A DNA stretch of 64,000 nt from positions 152,089 to 216,088 of the forward strand of contig JANQEA010000035.1 in the NCBI GenBank assembly GCA_028278555.1. Reading direction: 5' to 3'. Below the pieces are notes generated by a model. It was given only the letters and a program-made list of their open reading frames with translations. It was not told the DNA's origin and did no database searches. This stretch comes from Candidatus Bipolaricaulota bacterium. GTDB taxonomy: Bacteria > Bipolaricaulota > Bipolaricaulia > UBA7950 > UBA9294. This document shows, one piece after another, positions 23,783 to 33,098 of this stretch (within the stretch, counting starts at the first letter, position 1; each line of letters begins with the position of its first letter). A program made the translations under genes and the position numbers.

Positions 23783-25789
23783 ATGGTTCAAATGTCGAAA
23801 CTCGGGAAACGCATCTGCGTTGTGTGCGCGATCATCCTTGTGGCAGCTGTTGCTATGACCTGCGTTGCGCAGGAGTACGGAAAGGATAACCCACAAGCGT
23901 GGGGCGGATACCCTGAGGGATACAAGTTTGGTGCTGATGGAACCCAGCCGGATCATCCTGACGGATACGACGGCTGGCCAGCAGACCATCCCAACAATCC
24001 CAACAAGGGCTACGCCGGCAAAGGCGGCAAGGGCGCGGACGCGACTAAAGAAGGCCACGCAGCTGGGAATGGAGGGAAGGGTGGTGCTGGACCAAAGAAT
24101 GATGATGGCCCCCTTAATTCCTGGAACGGCGGCAAAGGCGGAGCCGGCGGAGGCAGCTCAGTTCCGGGAATACGCGGTGGAAATGGCGGCAAAGGCGGCG
24201 ATTCCACACACGGAGCCGGAGGCGATGGCGGCAATGGCGGCGATGGCGGCGAGGACGATGTGACGGTGAAGCACTCCGCCGGCGGTAACGGCGGCAAAGG
24301 CGGAGACAGCGTCAACGGTAACGGCGGCAAGGGCGGAGACGCTGGGAAGGGTAGCGACAGTGCGCCCGGCGGAAACGGCGGCGACGGAGGCACCAGCATT
24401 CATAAGACAGGAGGAGCGGGGGGTGACGGCGGCGACGGCGGCAGCAATGGCGAGGGTGGCAACGGAGGAAGTGGCGGTCACACGAGACATGGGACGGGCG
24501 GACCGGGCGGCAATGGCGGAAACGGCGGCGCGAGCAAGATTCCAGGACAGAAGGGAAAGACGGGAGGTGAGGGCGGCGATGGCGGCAATGGGTATGTCGG
24601 CGGTCCCTGCGACAAGGTAGGTAACGGGGCCGGAGGCAAGGGCGGACAAGGCGGGCAAGGCGGCGCGGGTTACTCTGGCGACGATGAGAACGACGCAACG
24701 GGCGGCGGGGATGGTGGGAAAGGCGGGGCCGGAGGAAATGCCGGAGACGGGGAAGATGCATCCGCGGGCAATGGCGGGGATGGTGGGAAAGGCGGCACAG
24801 CGAACAAGAAACCTGCAATTGGGGGCACTGGCGGGAAGGGTGGCAAGGGCGGCCGCTCTGGGCTCGGCAACAAAGGCGGCACTGGCGGAAAGGGTGGACC
24901 AGGAGGAGATGGACCAGACAAGCATGGCGGAGAAGGCGGGGCTCCTGGTGAAGGCGGAGACTATTCCCCATCTGGCCCCATGAAGCCTGGCAAAGGAGGC
25001 ATGGGTGGCAGCGGCGGAAAGGGAAGCCCCGAAAAAAAGGATCGAAGTCGTGAGAGAGGTGCCTCCGGCTCTTGTGTGAGATACGTCTGCCTTCCCTTCT
25101 CAGGTTTCGGATGGGAACGGGCTTGGACCTCGGACACTGATCGGGCCGAGTGTGTTGGCTTGGGCCTTTGCTGCGTCGGCCTAGATGTGGGCGTCGAAGT
25201 CGTGACAGTCGACCATGCCGGAATGCTGTCCGACATCATAGATCTCACACCACTGCTAGGCTGGTGGAGCAGCGAGTCGTACTCCCCGATGATCGGCGTG
25301 GCCATCACTGCGCTTCTCCCGGAATGCGGAACCGGGCTACCTCTTGTCGACATAGCCTATGGCTCGGCCAGCATCCCTGTGAGTGGTCACGCCGAGTGGA
25401 TCCTCGAAGATTCCGATTATGGACTCGCGGAGATCCAGGGCATCCTTGGCATAACCCGTGCGTCCTTGGGATTCGGGATGCGCATCGGTGCACTCTGCGA
25501 ATGCCCTGTGCTGACACCGTACGTCGACCTCAAAGCGGGAATCGCACAGTCGTGGTTAGAGTTCGAGGATGTCCAATCCGGGATGGATTCGGTAGATCTG
25601 CGGACACTGCTAGAAACTAACACAAGTGCTATCACACAGTACTACGTGCAAGCTTCCATGGGAGCCTCGTTCTCACTCGGTCCACAGCTTGACCTTCGTC
25701 TTGTCGGGACTGGAAGGATCTCGGGGGGAGCGGATCAATCAACCCATTTCGAGTTCGGGGGAAGTCTGTCACTGGGGCTCCGCTTCTAG
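23783..25789 (+). CDS. Secreted glycine-rich repeat protein with a C-terminal beta-barrel-like (OMP/autotransporter-like) domain
   Basis: Signal peptide (KRICVVCAIILVAAVAMTCVAQE). About 340 aa consist of (GGX)n blocks such as GGNGGKGGD. A Cys-rich junction follows. The C-terminal ~240 aa have alternating hydrophobic beta-strand-like patterning and end in ...GGSLSLGLRF with a terminal Phe. Confidence 0.7.
   Translation: MVQMSKLGKRICVVCAIILVAAVAMTCVAQEYGKDNPQAWGGYPEGYKFGADGTQPDHPDGYDGWPADHPNNPNKGYAGKGGKGADATKEGHAAGNGGKGGAGPKNDDGPLNSWNGGKGGAGGGSSVPGIRGGNGGKGGDSTHGAGGDGGNGGDGGEDDVTVKHSAGGNGGKGGDSVNGNGGKGGDAGKGSDSAPGGNGGDGGTSIHKTGGAGGDGGDGGSNGEGGNGGSGGHTRHGTGGPGGNGGNGGASKIPGQKGKTGGEGGDGGNGYVGGPCDKVGNGAGGKGGQGGQGGAGYSGDDENDATGGGDGGKGGAGGNAGDGEDASAGNGGDGGKGGTANKKPAIGGTGGKGGKGGRSGLGNKGGTGGKGGPGGDGPDKHGGEGGAPGEGGDYSPSGPMKPGKGGMGGSGGKGSPEKKDRSRERGASGSCVRYVCLPFSGFGWERAWTSDTDRAECVGLGLCCVGLDVGVEVVTVDHAGMLSDIIDLTPLLGWWSSESYSPMIGVAITALLPECGTGLPLVDIAYGSASIPVSGHAEWILEDSDYGLAEIQGILGITRASLGFGMRIGALCECPVLTPYVDLKAGIAQSWLEFEDVQSGMDSVDLRTLLETNTSAITQYYVQASMGASFSLGPQLDLRLVGTGRISGGADQSTHFEFGGSLSLGLRF
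24005..25034 (+). repeat. Degenerate tandem coding repeats (GGC/GGA-rich, encoding about 14 GGxGGxGG blocks)
   Basis: Recurrent ggcggcaa(a/g)ggcgg(a/c)ga-type units occur throughout. The antisense frames read as Pro-rich pseudo-ORFs. Confidence 0.6.
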
Positions 25790-25976
25790 AGTCTTGAGTT
25801 GGGAGGGTCTCAGAGGTACAGGCACAAGTTCCCGGAAGCCAAGCCTGTGGCTACTGGTGAAGGTGGCCCAGGGCCGATGACGCAATACGCCGGAGGTTCA
25901 GTCATTGCATTCATGATGGGCCACTTGTCTTGGCGGCTGGACTCCCGCCGCCAGAATTCGCGCAACGTGAACTGCG

Positions 25977-26924
25977 CTACTTGTACCGAATTCTCGGATT
26001 GACGGCGGCGTAGAGGATGTCGGCGAGCAGGTTGGCGAAGACAACGCCGATGACGACGACGATCGCGATCGCCTGGAGGAGCGGGAAGTCGCGCCGGTCG
26101 ATCGCGAAGAGGAGCAGCCGGCCGAGCCCCGGGTAGTTGAAGACGTTCTCGATGACGATGATCCCGCCGATCAGCCAGCCGAAGCTGATCGCGATCACCG
26201 TGATCGTCGGGAGGAGGGCGTTCCGCAGAACGTGCTTGAAGACGACGATCCACCTCGGGAGCCCTTTCAAGACGGCCGTCCGCACGTATGGCCGACGCAT
26301 CTGCTCAGCAACCTCGGCGCGGGTCAGCCGCGCGATGTACGCGAGGAGGACGAACGTCGCCGTCAGCGACGGGAGGATGAGGAACGGAAGCGCCTCCCAG
26401 AAGCCGGTCCCCGGCGCGATCGGCGAGCTCGCCGGGAGGAGATCGAGCCGGTGCGCGAGAAGCTCGATCAGCAGGACGCCGGTGACGAACTCGGGGAGAC
26501 CGACAACCGCCAGGCTTCCGAGGCTGATCACGTGATCGGCGATCCCGTGCTCCCGGAGTCCGGCCCAGACGCCGAGGACGACGGAGAGCGGCACGGCGAG
26601 GACGAGGGCGACGACTGCAAGCATCAGCGAATTGCGGAGCCGTTCGACGACAAGCGGTCGAACCGGAAGATCGGTCCCGAATGACGTCCCCCAGTCGCCG
26701 CGGACGAACCGTCCAAGCCACGACCCGTACTGCACGATCGCCGGTCGATTGAGGCCGAGCTCTTCGCGGAGCGCGGCGACCGCTTCCTCGCCGGCTTCGC
26801 GCCCGAGGATCACCCGCGCGACGTCCCCGGGAAGGAACTGTGTCGCCGCGAAGATCAACGCCGACGTCAACAGAAGCGTCAGCAGAAGGAAGCCGAGCCG
26901 CTGGATCAGAAGGCGTCCCATCAT
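25977..26924 (-). CDS. Peptide/nickel-type ABC transporter permease (DppB/OppB-like)
   Basis: 315 aa. The N-terminus LLIQRLGFLLLTLLLTSALIFA and the EAA-loop region (YVRTAVLKGLP) are typical of DppB/OppB. Confidence 0.9.
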   Translation of the reverse strand: MMGRLLIQRLGFLLLTLLLTSALIFAATQFLPGDVARVILGREAGEEAVAALREELGLNRPAIVQYGSWLGRFVRGDWGTSFGTDLPVRPLVVERLRNSLMLAVVALVLAVPLSVVLGVWAGLREHGIADHVISLGSLAVVGLPEFVTGVLLIELLAHRLDLLPASSPIAPGTGFWEALPFLILPSLTATFVLLAYIARLTRAEVAEQMRRPYVRTAVLKGLPRWIVVFKHVLRNALLPTITVIAISFGWLIGGIIVIENVFNYPGLGRLLLFAIDRRDFPLLQAIAIVVVIGVVFANLLADILYAAVNPRIRYK

Positions 26925-29911
26925 GCATCTCCTTCGAAGAGCGGCTTCTGCATCCCCCGGAGCTCCGCGACCGGGATATGGCAGAAGATCGCGTGCCCCG
27001 ATTCATCCTGCTGCCACGGGGGAATCTCCTCGACGCAGATCGGCCCGATCCTTCGCGGACATCGCGTGTGGAATGGGCAGCCGCTCGGCCGATCGATCGG
27101 ACTTGGGATTTCGCCTTCGAGGCGAACTGCTTCCCGACCAGTCCCGCCTCCGATCGTCGGGACCGCTGACAAGAGCGCCTCCGTGTACGGGTGGTACGGC
27201 GGCGCGAAGATCTCCTCAACGCTTCCGATCTCCATCAGCCTTCCCAGATAGAGAACAGCGATGTCGTCGGAGAGATGCGAGACAACGGCCAGATCGTGGG
27301 TGATGAACAGATGTGCGCTGTCCCCGCCCGACTGGAGCTCGTCGAGAAGGTTGAGGATCCGCGCCTGGACCGAGACATCGAGCGACGAGGTCGCTTCGTC
27401 GAACAGAACGAGATCCGGACCGGCGGCAATCGCACGGGCGATCGCGACGCGCTGTTTCTCGCCGCCGGAAAGCTGATCGGGCAGCCGTGACGCGTAGGCC
27501 GCCGAGAGGCCGACGCGATCGAGAAGATCGTTCATCCGCAGGCGGACCTCGCGTCGGCCGACCTCGCCCAATCGGATCAGCGGGCGGACGAGCGTCGCTC
27601 CGACCGACAGATGCGGGTTAAGCGCCTGATCCGGATTCTGAGAGACCGACTGCAGGCGCCGGAGGGTTCCGCGCTTTCGCCCCCGGAGACCCGGGGGAAG
27701 AAGTTCATCGTCGAGGTGGATCGCGCCGGCATGGCGCGGTTCCAAGCCGAGGATCGTTCGGGCGAGCGTCGTCTTCCCGGATCCGCTCTCGCCAACCAGC
27801 CCGAGCGTCCCCCCCTCGTCGATCGACAGACTGACCCGATCGACCGCCCGGACGGCACGGCGCTCCCGGCGGCGGACTACGTCAATCAAGGAGCGGGAAA
27901 TCGGGAAGCTCGCCTCAACGCCCTCCACGCGGAGGACGGTCTTCTGGCGTTTCGTTCGGCGCTCTGGCGCCTCGCCGACGAAATCGGACTCCCAGTCCGC
28001 CTGAGAGATTTCCGCCCAACGATGACAGCGGACCGTGCGTCCGCCGTCGATCGACTCGAGGAGTGGTCGCTCCTCGCAGACCCCCGCCGCCCACGGGCAT
28101 CGCGGGCGGAAGACGCAGCCGATCGGAATCGCGTCGAGCGCCGGGATCGATCCCTCCATCGACGACAGTCGCGCGCCCCGAGCCTCTGCGCGGGGGAGGC
28201 TCGCCAGCAGTCCGGCCGTGTACGGATGGCGCGCGTTCCTCAGGAGCGCATCCGTCGGACCGGCTTCGACAAGCTCCCCGGCGTACAGAACGGCAACGTC
28301 GGTCGCGACACGCGCAATCACCCCGAGATCGTGTGTGATGTAGAGGGTTGACCGGTCTCCCTCCTGAAGAAGGTCGGCGATCAGGTCGAGGATCGTTGCC
28401 TCCGTCGTCACGTCGAGCCCGGTCGTCGGCTCGTCGAAGAGAAGAAGGCGCGGCGATGTCGACAGGCCCATCGCGATCGCCACCCGCTGCTGCATCCCGC
28501 CGGAGAGCTGGTGCGGATACCGGCGGGCAACGCGCTCCGGATCGGCGATCTGCACGCTCCGAAGAAGCTCGGTCGCCGCGCCCCGGGCCTCCTTCCGGAG
28601 CAGCGACCCATGTTGTCGAAGAATCTCAGCGATCTGTTCGCCGACCCGGATCGATGGATTGAGCGAGGCGAGCGGATCCTGCGGAACCAGACCGATCTCG
28701 GCGCCCCGGATGGCGCGCAGCTCGCGGGAAGAGAGCCCGAGCAGATCCTTCCCGTCGAAGCGAATCCCTCCGGCGCGGACCGCCCCGTTCGCCGCCAGGT
28801 ACTGCGCGAAGGCGAGGGCCAACGTCGACTTCCCCGACCCGCTCTCGCCGACCACGCCGAGCGTCTCGCCTAGGCGGAGTTCGAGATCGACGTCGCGGAC
28901 CGCGTCGAGCCATCGACCCTCTTGGAAGTACGAGACGGTCAACTGCTCGATCGACGCAATGGCCTCTCCGTTCTCGGCTGGTAATTCTGAGCCTCTCCCG
29001 GCGGACGTCCGCGCACGGAGGATCCTCCGTCGGGCTCGGGGAGAGAGCGATTCGGTCGTCGGACGAAGGGCTGTCTTCAGTCCGTCGGCGGTCAGATTGA
29101 CGCCGACGACCAGCAGCGAGATCGCTCCGGCCGGGAAGTAGAGCGACCACGGCGCAAGCCGGATGTAAATCCGCGCCTCCTTGACCATCAGGCCCCAATC
29201 CGGGCTCGGCGGCTGGACGCCAACCCCGAGAAAGCCGAGGGATGCTATGAGGAAAATCCCGTACGAGAACCGAAGGGCCGCTTCGACTGACAATGCTGGG
29301 AGGACGGACGGGAGGATCTCGCGAAGGAGGATCCACGGGAGTCGCTCGCCCCGGAGGCGGGCGGCCTCGATGAATCCGAGTGACTTGATCGCCAGGGTCT
29401 CGCTCCGGACGACGCGCGCGACGATCGGCGTGTAAACGACGGCGATCACCGCGAGAACGCTCGCCTGTGACGGACCGACCGTCCCGAGGAGGACGAGCGC
29501 AAGGAGGAGGGCCGGGATCGCGAGGAGGCTGTCAAAGACGCGCATCAACAGCTCGTCGAACAGCCCGCCGACGTATCCTGCGAGGAGCCCGAAGAGCGTC
29601 CCGGCCGTTACCGCAAGGAGGGCACCGAGCCCGGTCAGCGAGAGGATGCTCCGCGCCCCGTAAACGATCCGGCTGAAGACGTCCCGCCCGAGGTGATCGG
29701 TCCCGAACCAGTGCGCCGTCGACGGTGCCTGCCGCGCGTCGGCGTAGATCTGCTCTGTCGGTCCGTACGGCGCGATCCACGGCGCGAGGATCGCAAGAAG
29801 GACGAACAGGCAGACGATGCTCGCCCCGAACGCCGACGACGGTTTCCGATACAGGTCACGCAACACCCTGATCACCGGCCACCGCCCGCGCTTCATCTCA
29901 GAACAGTCCAT
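26921..29911 (-). CDS. Triple-fusion ABC component: DppC-like permease + two ABC ATPase domains (DppD-like and DppF-like)
   Basis: This is a single uninterrupted 996-aa frame. aa 1-~300 form the permease (WFGTDHLGRDVFSR, EAA-like IEAARLRGE). aa ~330-640 form ATPase 1 (GESGSGKST, LSGGMQQR, LLFDEPTT). aa ~690-996 form ATPase 2 (GESGSGKTT, LSGGEKQR, VLFDEATS) with a Cys-containing oligopeptide_C tail. It has an ATGA overlap with the downstream permease. The exact start is uncertain. Confidence 0.85.
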   Translation of the reverse strand: MDCSEMKRGRWPVIRVLRDLYRKPSSAFGASIVCLFVLLAILAPWIAPYGPTEQIYADARQAPSTAHWFGTDHLGRDVFSRIVYGARSILSLTGLGALLAVTAGTLFGLLAGYVGGLFDELLMRVFDSLLAIPALLLALVLLGTVGPSQASVLAVIAVVYTPIVARVVRSETLAIKSLGFIEAARLRGERLPWILLREILPSVLPALSVEAALRFSYGIFLIASLGFLGVGVQPPSPDWGLMVKEARIYIRLAPWSLYFPAGAISLLVVGVNLTADGLKTALRPTTESLSPRARRRILRARTSAGRGSELPAENGEAIASIEQLTVSYFQEGRWLDAVRDVDLELRLGETLGVVGESGSGKSTLALAFAQYLAANGAVRAGGIRFDGKDLLGLSSRELRAIRGAEIGLVPQDPLASLNPSIRVGEQIAEILRQHGSLLRKEARGAATELLRSVQIADPERVARRYPHQLSGGMQQRVAIAMGLSTSPRLLLFDEPTTGLDVTTEATILDLIADLLQEGDRSTLYITHDLGVIARVATDVAVLYAGELVEAGPTDALLRNARHPYTAGLLASLPRAEARGARLSSMEGSIPALDAIPIGCVFRPRCPWAAGVCEERPLLESIDGGRTVRCHRWAEISQADWESDFVGEAPERRTKRQKTVLRVEGVEASFPISRSLIDVVRRRERRAVRAVDRVSLSIDEGGTLGLVGESGSGKTTLARTILGLEPRHAGAIHLDDELLPPGLRGRKRGTLRRLQSVSQNPDQALNPHLSVGATLVRPLIRLGEVGRREVRLRMNDLLDRVGLSAAYASRLPDQLSGGEKQRVAIARAIAAGPDLVLFDEATSSLDVSVQARILNLLDELQSGGDSAHLFITHDLAVVSHLSDDIAVLYLGRLMEIGSVEEIFAPPYHPYTEALLSAVPTIGGGTGREAVRLEGEIPSPIDRPSGCPFHTRCPRRIGPICVEEIPPWQQDESGHAIFCHIPVAELRGMQKPLFEGDA

Positions 29912-30072
29912 ACGGCTCCGATTCGCACGGGGCGAGTATAGAGTCTTACCTTGCTGTGCCGCATTTCAGAAGTGTGAAGGGAGGCCATCGGCCTCCCTTC
30001 GCGGCACTCAGATTCGCAGCTCACCCACACGAGAACAGAGGCCATGCCACTGTTCTCGTCCGCGTCAGGGGG

Positions 30073-31572
30073 CTAGCCCCCTGACGCGAAGACGATGCGG
30101 AAGTCGGTCCTCCCGGGGAACGCCTTCAGCTCGAGGCCGTCGAACCGATCACTGTATGCCGCAACTGCGGCGAAGAAGTAGGGGATGATGACCGGCCCGC
30201 GCTCGATCAAGATCCGCTGGATCTCGGCGTATGCGGCGACACGCTCCGCTTCGTCGAGGGTCGTTCCGGCCGTTGCAGCGAGCCCGTCGAACTCGCTGTC
30301 GCAGAAGCGAGATTCATTCCACGACGCCGCGCACGTCAGCATCGAGTTCATGTAAAACTGCGGGTACGGACGCGATCCCCAGCCGGTGATCCCGAGCTCC
30401 TTGTCCATCCAGTGGTTCTCACCGTAGTAGATGGATTCTGGCTCGACGATCACGTTGACCGTGATCCCGGCTTCGGCCCACTGCTCCTTCAGGACGACCG
30501 CCAGGTCGGGTCGGCCACCGGTGTCCGGGGTGTAGAGATCGATCGTCAGACCGTCCGGGTATCCGGCGCTGGCAAGGAGGGCCTTGGCGGCGAGCGGATC
30601 CCGCGCCGGGATCGGGGTCGATTCATCGTAGTACTCGGCGTAGAGCGGGCCGACCGGGCTATCCCGCCCGACGGCGCCGAGCCCGAGCTGAACGATCTGG
30701 AAGATCGCCTCGCGATCGGTCGCGAGCTTCATCGCCTCGATAACGAGTGGATCGTTCCCCGGTGGAATGTCGGAGCGGAGCCGGACGAGGTCGAATCCGT
30801 TCGTCGGCACGTCGACGGCAACGATTCCCGGCTCACCTTGAAGCGTGAGGAAAAGGGCCGACGACATCCGCCACGCCATGTCGACCTGCCCGCCGCGGAG
30901 CGCGTCGACCGATGCAACCTGATCGCCGAAGAAGATGAACTGCAGGCCGTCGATTCGCGGGAGACCCTCAATGAAGTAGTCCGAATTCGCCCGCATCACG
31001 ATCCGATCTTCCGGACGGTAGTCCTCGACGATGAACGGACCGGTCCCGTTGAATGCCAAGAAGTCGGTCGTCCCTCGCTTAACGATCAACGCGTGGTTGT
31101 CGCTCAGATCGTAGAGGAAGAACGGATTCGGCTCCTTCAGCTGGAACGTCACTTCGTTCGGCCCGGTGACGTCGATCCTGTCGACGTTGGCGTAGACCGA
31201 CTCGGTTGCGAACCCATTCTCCGGATCGCGGAGCCGATCGAAGGTCCAGGCGACGTCGCCAGGGACGAGCGGGCTCCCGTCGTGGAATCGAATCCCTTCC
31301 GTCAGGATGAACGTGTACTCCGTTCCGTCCTCGCTGACGACCCAGGTTGCCGCCAATCGCGGAATGATTCGGCTTCCAGCATCGACATCGACCAGGTAGT
31401 CGTAGACCGCATTTGCTACCGCGACCTCCGCGTCCGAAGAGATCAGCGCCGGATCAACCTGAACGATCGGCTGCATCGCAACGCGGAAGACCGACTCAGC
31501 GAGAGCGGCGCCCTGAATGCTCAGCAGGAGTACCACCGCCAACAGAAAGACTCGGACGATTCCTCTACGCAT
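30073..31572 (-). CDS. ABC transporter substrate-binding protein, family 5 (peptide/nickel)
   Basis: The SD AAGGAGGA precedes ATG 31572. It has a signal peptide (VRVFLLAVVLLLSIQGAALA) and a length and pattern typical of SBP_bac_5. Confidence 0.9.
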   Translation of the reverse strand: MRRGIVRVFLLAVVLLLSIQGAALAESVFRVAMQPIVQVDPALISSDAEVAVANAVYDYLVDVDAGSRIIPRLAATWVVSEDGTEYTFILTEGIRFHDGSPLVPGDVAWTFDRLRDPENGFATESVYANVDRIDVTGPNEVTFQLKEPNPFFLYDLSDNHALIVKRGTTDFLAFNGTGPFIVEDYRPEDRIVMRANSDYFIEGLPRIDGLQFIFFGDQVASVDALRGGQVDMAWRMSSALFLTLQGEPGIVAVDVPTNGFDLVRLRSDIPPGNDPLVIEAMKLATDREAIFQIVQLGLGAVGRDSPVGPLYAEYYDESTPIPARDPLAAKALLASAGYPDGLTIDLYTPDTGGRPDLAVVLKEQWAEAGITVNVIVEPESIYYGENHWMDKELGITGWGSRPYPQFYMNSMLTCAASWNESRFCDSEFDGLAATAGTTLDEAERVAAYAEIQRILIERGPVIIPYFFAAVAAYSDRFDGLELKAFPGRTDFRIVFASGG

Positions 31573-31734
31573 GATGATTCCTCCTTCGATTCTCGACACA
31601 ACGACCCGGTTCAGCGGCCTCGCGCGGCCACTTCGACCAGCCTACCCGAGCCGTGTCGTTCCGATCAAGGTCAGCATCGAACGGTTCCGTCTCGGCTCCG
31701 TTTCCGAGTGCTCTGCGGCGGCTGCCCGGCTAGA

Positions 31735-32673
31735 ATGGCAGAGATCATGTCGGGAAGGACCGCACCACCGCATCGCCACATCTGGAGCGGACTCGCCAGC
31801 GTCTCCAGCGCTGGAGACGAAGCGGTCGGAATCCTCGGGATTCCATTCGACGGCGCATCGAGTTTTCGCCGTGGCTCGGCCGAGGCGCCGGACCGAATCC
31901 GCTCGCTGACGCCGCATTGCGCACCGTTCACCGAGGACGGAGCGCAGCTCGCCGGGCTCCGTCTCCGCGACTACGGGAACGTGGCAGCCAGCCCGTCGTG
32001 GGAACGGTTCGCCAACTCGGTCAGCGAAGCAGCATTGCGTGCACTCGCGCATCGGTTCGCCCTCTTCCTCGGCGGAGATCACTCGGTGACGATCCCACTC
32101 GTTGCCGCGGCCGCAGGTACAGTTTCCGGTCAGCTCGGGATTCTCCACCTCGATGCCCATCTCGATCTGATGGACACGTTCGAAGGATCGCCGTGGTCAC
32201 ACGCCTGCACGGCTCGCCGGGTCCTTGAACTCCCGCAGACCGATCCGTCTCTGATGGTGTTCGTGGGTACCCGGTCGTGGCTCGGCCGGGAGAAGGACCT
32301 CCTCTCAGCTCACCCACAGGTCGGGGTTCATACCGCCCGCGACGTCTTCGTCAACGGCGTCGGTCCGATCGCGGAAGCCGTCTGCCGGCAGCTGGAGAAT
32401 GCAGAAGCCGTCTACGTCACGATCGACATCGATGTGCTCGATCCAGCCTACGCCCCCGGAACGGGGACCCCCGAGGCCGGCGGACTCTCAACCCGCGAGC
32501 TGCTCGAACTCCTTCGGTTCGTCCTTCGAACTCTGCCGGTTCGCGCCCTCGACATCGTCGAGGTCTCCCCGCCGCTCGATCCGTCCGACGTCACGTCGTT
32601 CGCCGCGATCAAGCTGATCTACGAAGCGCTAGGGGCCATCCGGGCGGAACTCGGACAACCTGCAAGCGGCTGA
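31735..32673 (+). CDS. Arginase/agmatinase/formimidoylglutamase-family ureohydrolase
   Basis: The family Mn-binding motifs are present: GGDHSVT, LDAHLD, SIDIDVLDP-type (TIDIDVLDPAYAPGTGTPE) and a downstream D/E. Start is ATG 31735. The upstream track ORF portion is antisense to the SBP gene. Confidence 0.85.
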   Translation: MAEIMSGRTAPPHRHIWSGLASVSSAGDEAVGILGIPFDGASSFRRGSAEAPDRIRSLTPHCAPFTEDGAQLAGLRLRDYGNVAASPSWERFANSVSEAALRALAHRFALFLGGDHSVTIPLVAAAAGTVSGQLGILHLDAHLDLMDTFEGSPWSHACTARRVLELPQTDPSLMVFVGTRSWLGREKDLLSAHPQVGVHTARDVFVNGVGPIAEAVCRQLENAEAVYVTIDIDVLDPAYAPGTGTPEAGGLSTRELLELLRFVLRTLPVRALDIVEVSPPLDPSDVTSFAAIKLIYEALGAIRAELGQPASG

Positions 32674-32674
32674 A

Positions 32675-33040
32675 TCAGGCGGCGCTCGTATCGGACTGCA
32701 TCATCCCGTGGAGATTCCCTTCGGGATCCTTGAAGTACGCCATCCAGCCGACGCCGGGGACGGCCATCTTCGGGAGGACGATCTCTCCGCCGTGCTCCTC
32801 GACCTTCGCGATGTACGCATCGAGATCGGGGACATCGATCGTGTTCGCGACCATCGAGTCTTCGCCCTCGCGGCGGGTGATTCCGCCATCGATCCCGTGC
32901 TCTTCCTCCCCGGTCATGACGAGCCAGTAGTCAATCGGTCCGTCCCATTTCTCGATCCGCCAGCCGAACGTCTTCTCGAAGAAACCGATCACCCGCTCCG
33001 GATCGTCCGCAGGAATCTCGAAATGCACTACGCGTGGCAT
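32675..33040 (-). CDS. VOC-family (glyoxalase/bleomycin resistance) protein, intact
   Basis: 121 aa. HFEIPADDPERVIGFYEK-type N-terminus and a C-terminal YFKDPEGNLHGM motif. Confidence 0.85.
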   Translation of the reverse strand: MPRVVHFEIPADDPERVIGFFEKTFGWRIEKWDGPIDYWLVMTGEEEHGIDGGITRREGEDSMVANTIDVPDLDAYIAKVEEHGGEIVLPKMAVPGVGWMAYFKDPEGNLHGMMQSDTSAA

Positions 33041-33098
33041 GATGCCTCCTTTTCATCCCATCCTGACTCGATCGGTGAGGCCACGCTGAAGATCCGTG

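Noticed and set aside
24010-24971. Pro-rich and Arg/Cys-rich minus-strand ORFs (129-255 aa) inside the glycine-repeat gene.
   Set aside because: They are reverse-complement readings of GGC/GGA repeats (GGN antisense gives NCC = Pro/Ala/Ser). The plus-strand frame has a signal peptide, an SD and a coherent C-terminal domain.
24005-25034. The repetitive DNA was considered as a possible CRISPR or other non-coding array.
   Set aside because: The repeats are short, degenerate and triplet-phased. There are no constant repeats of 25-40 nt separated by unique spacers. They lie in one long ORF, and no cas genes are nearby.
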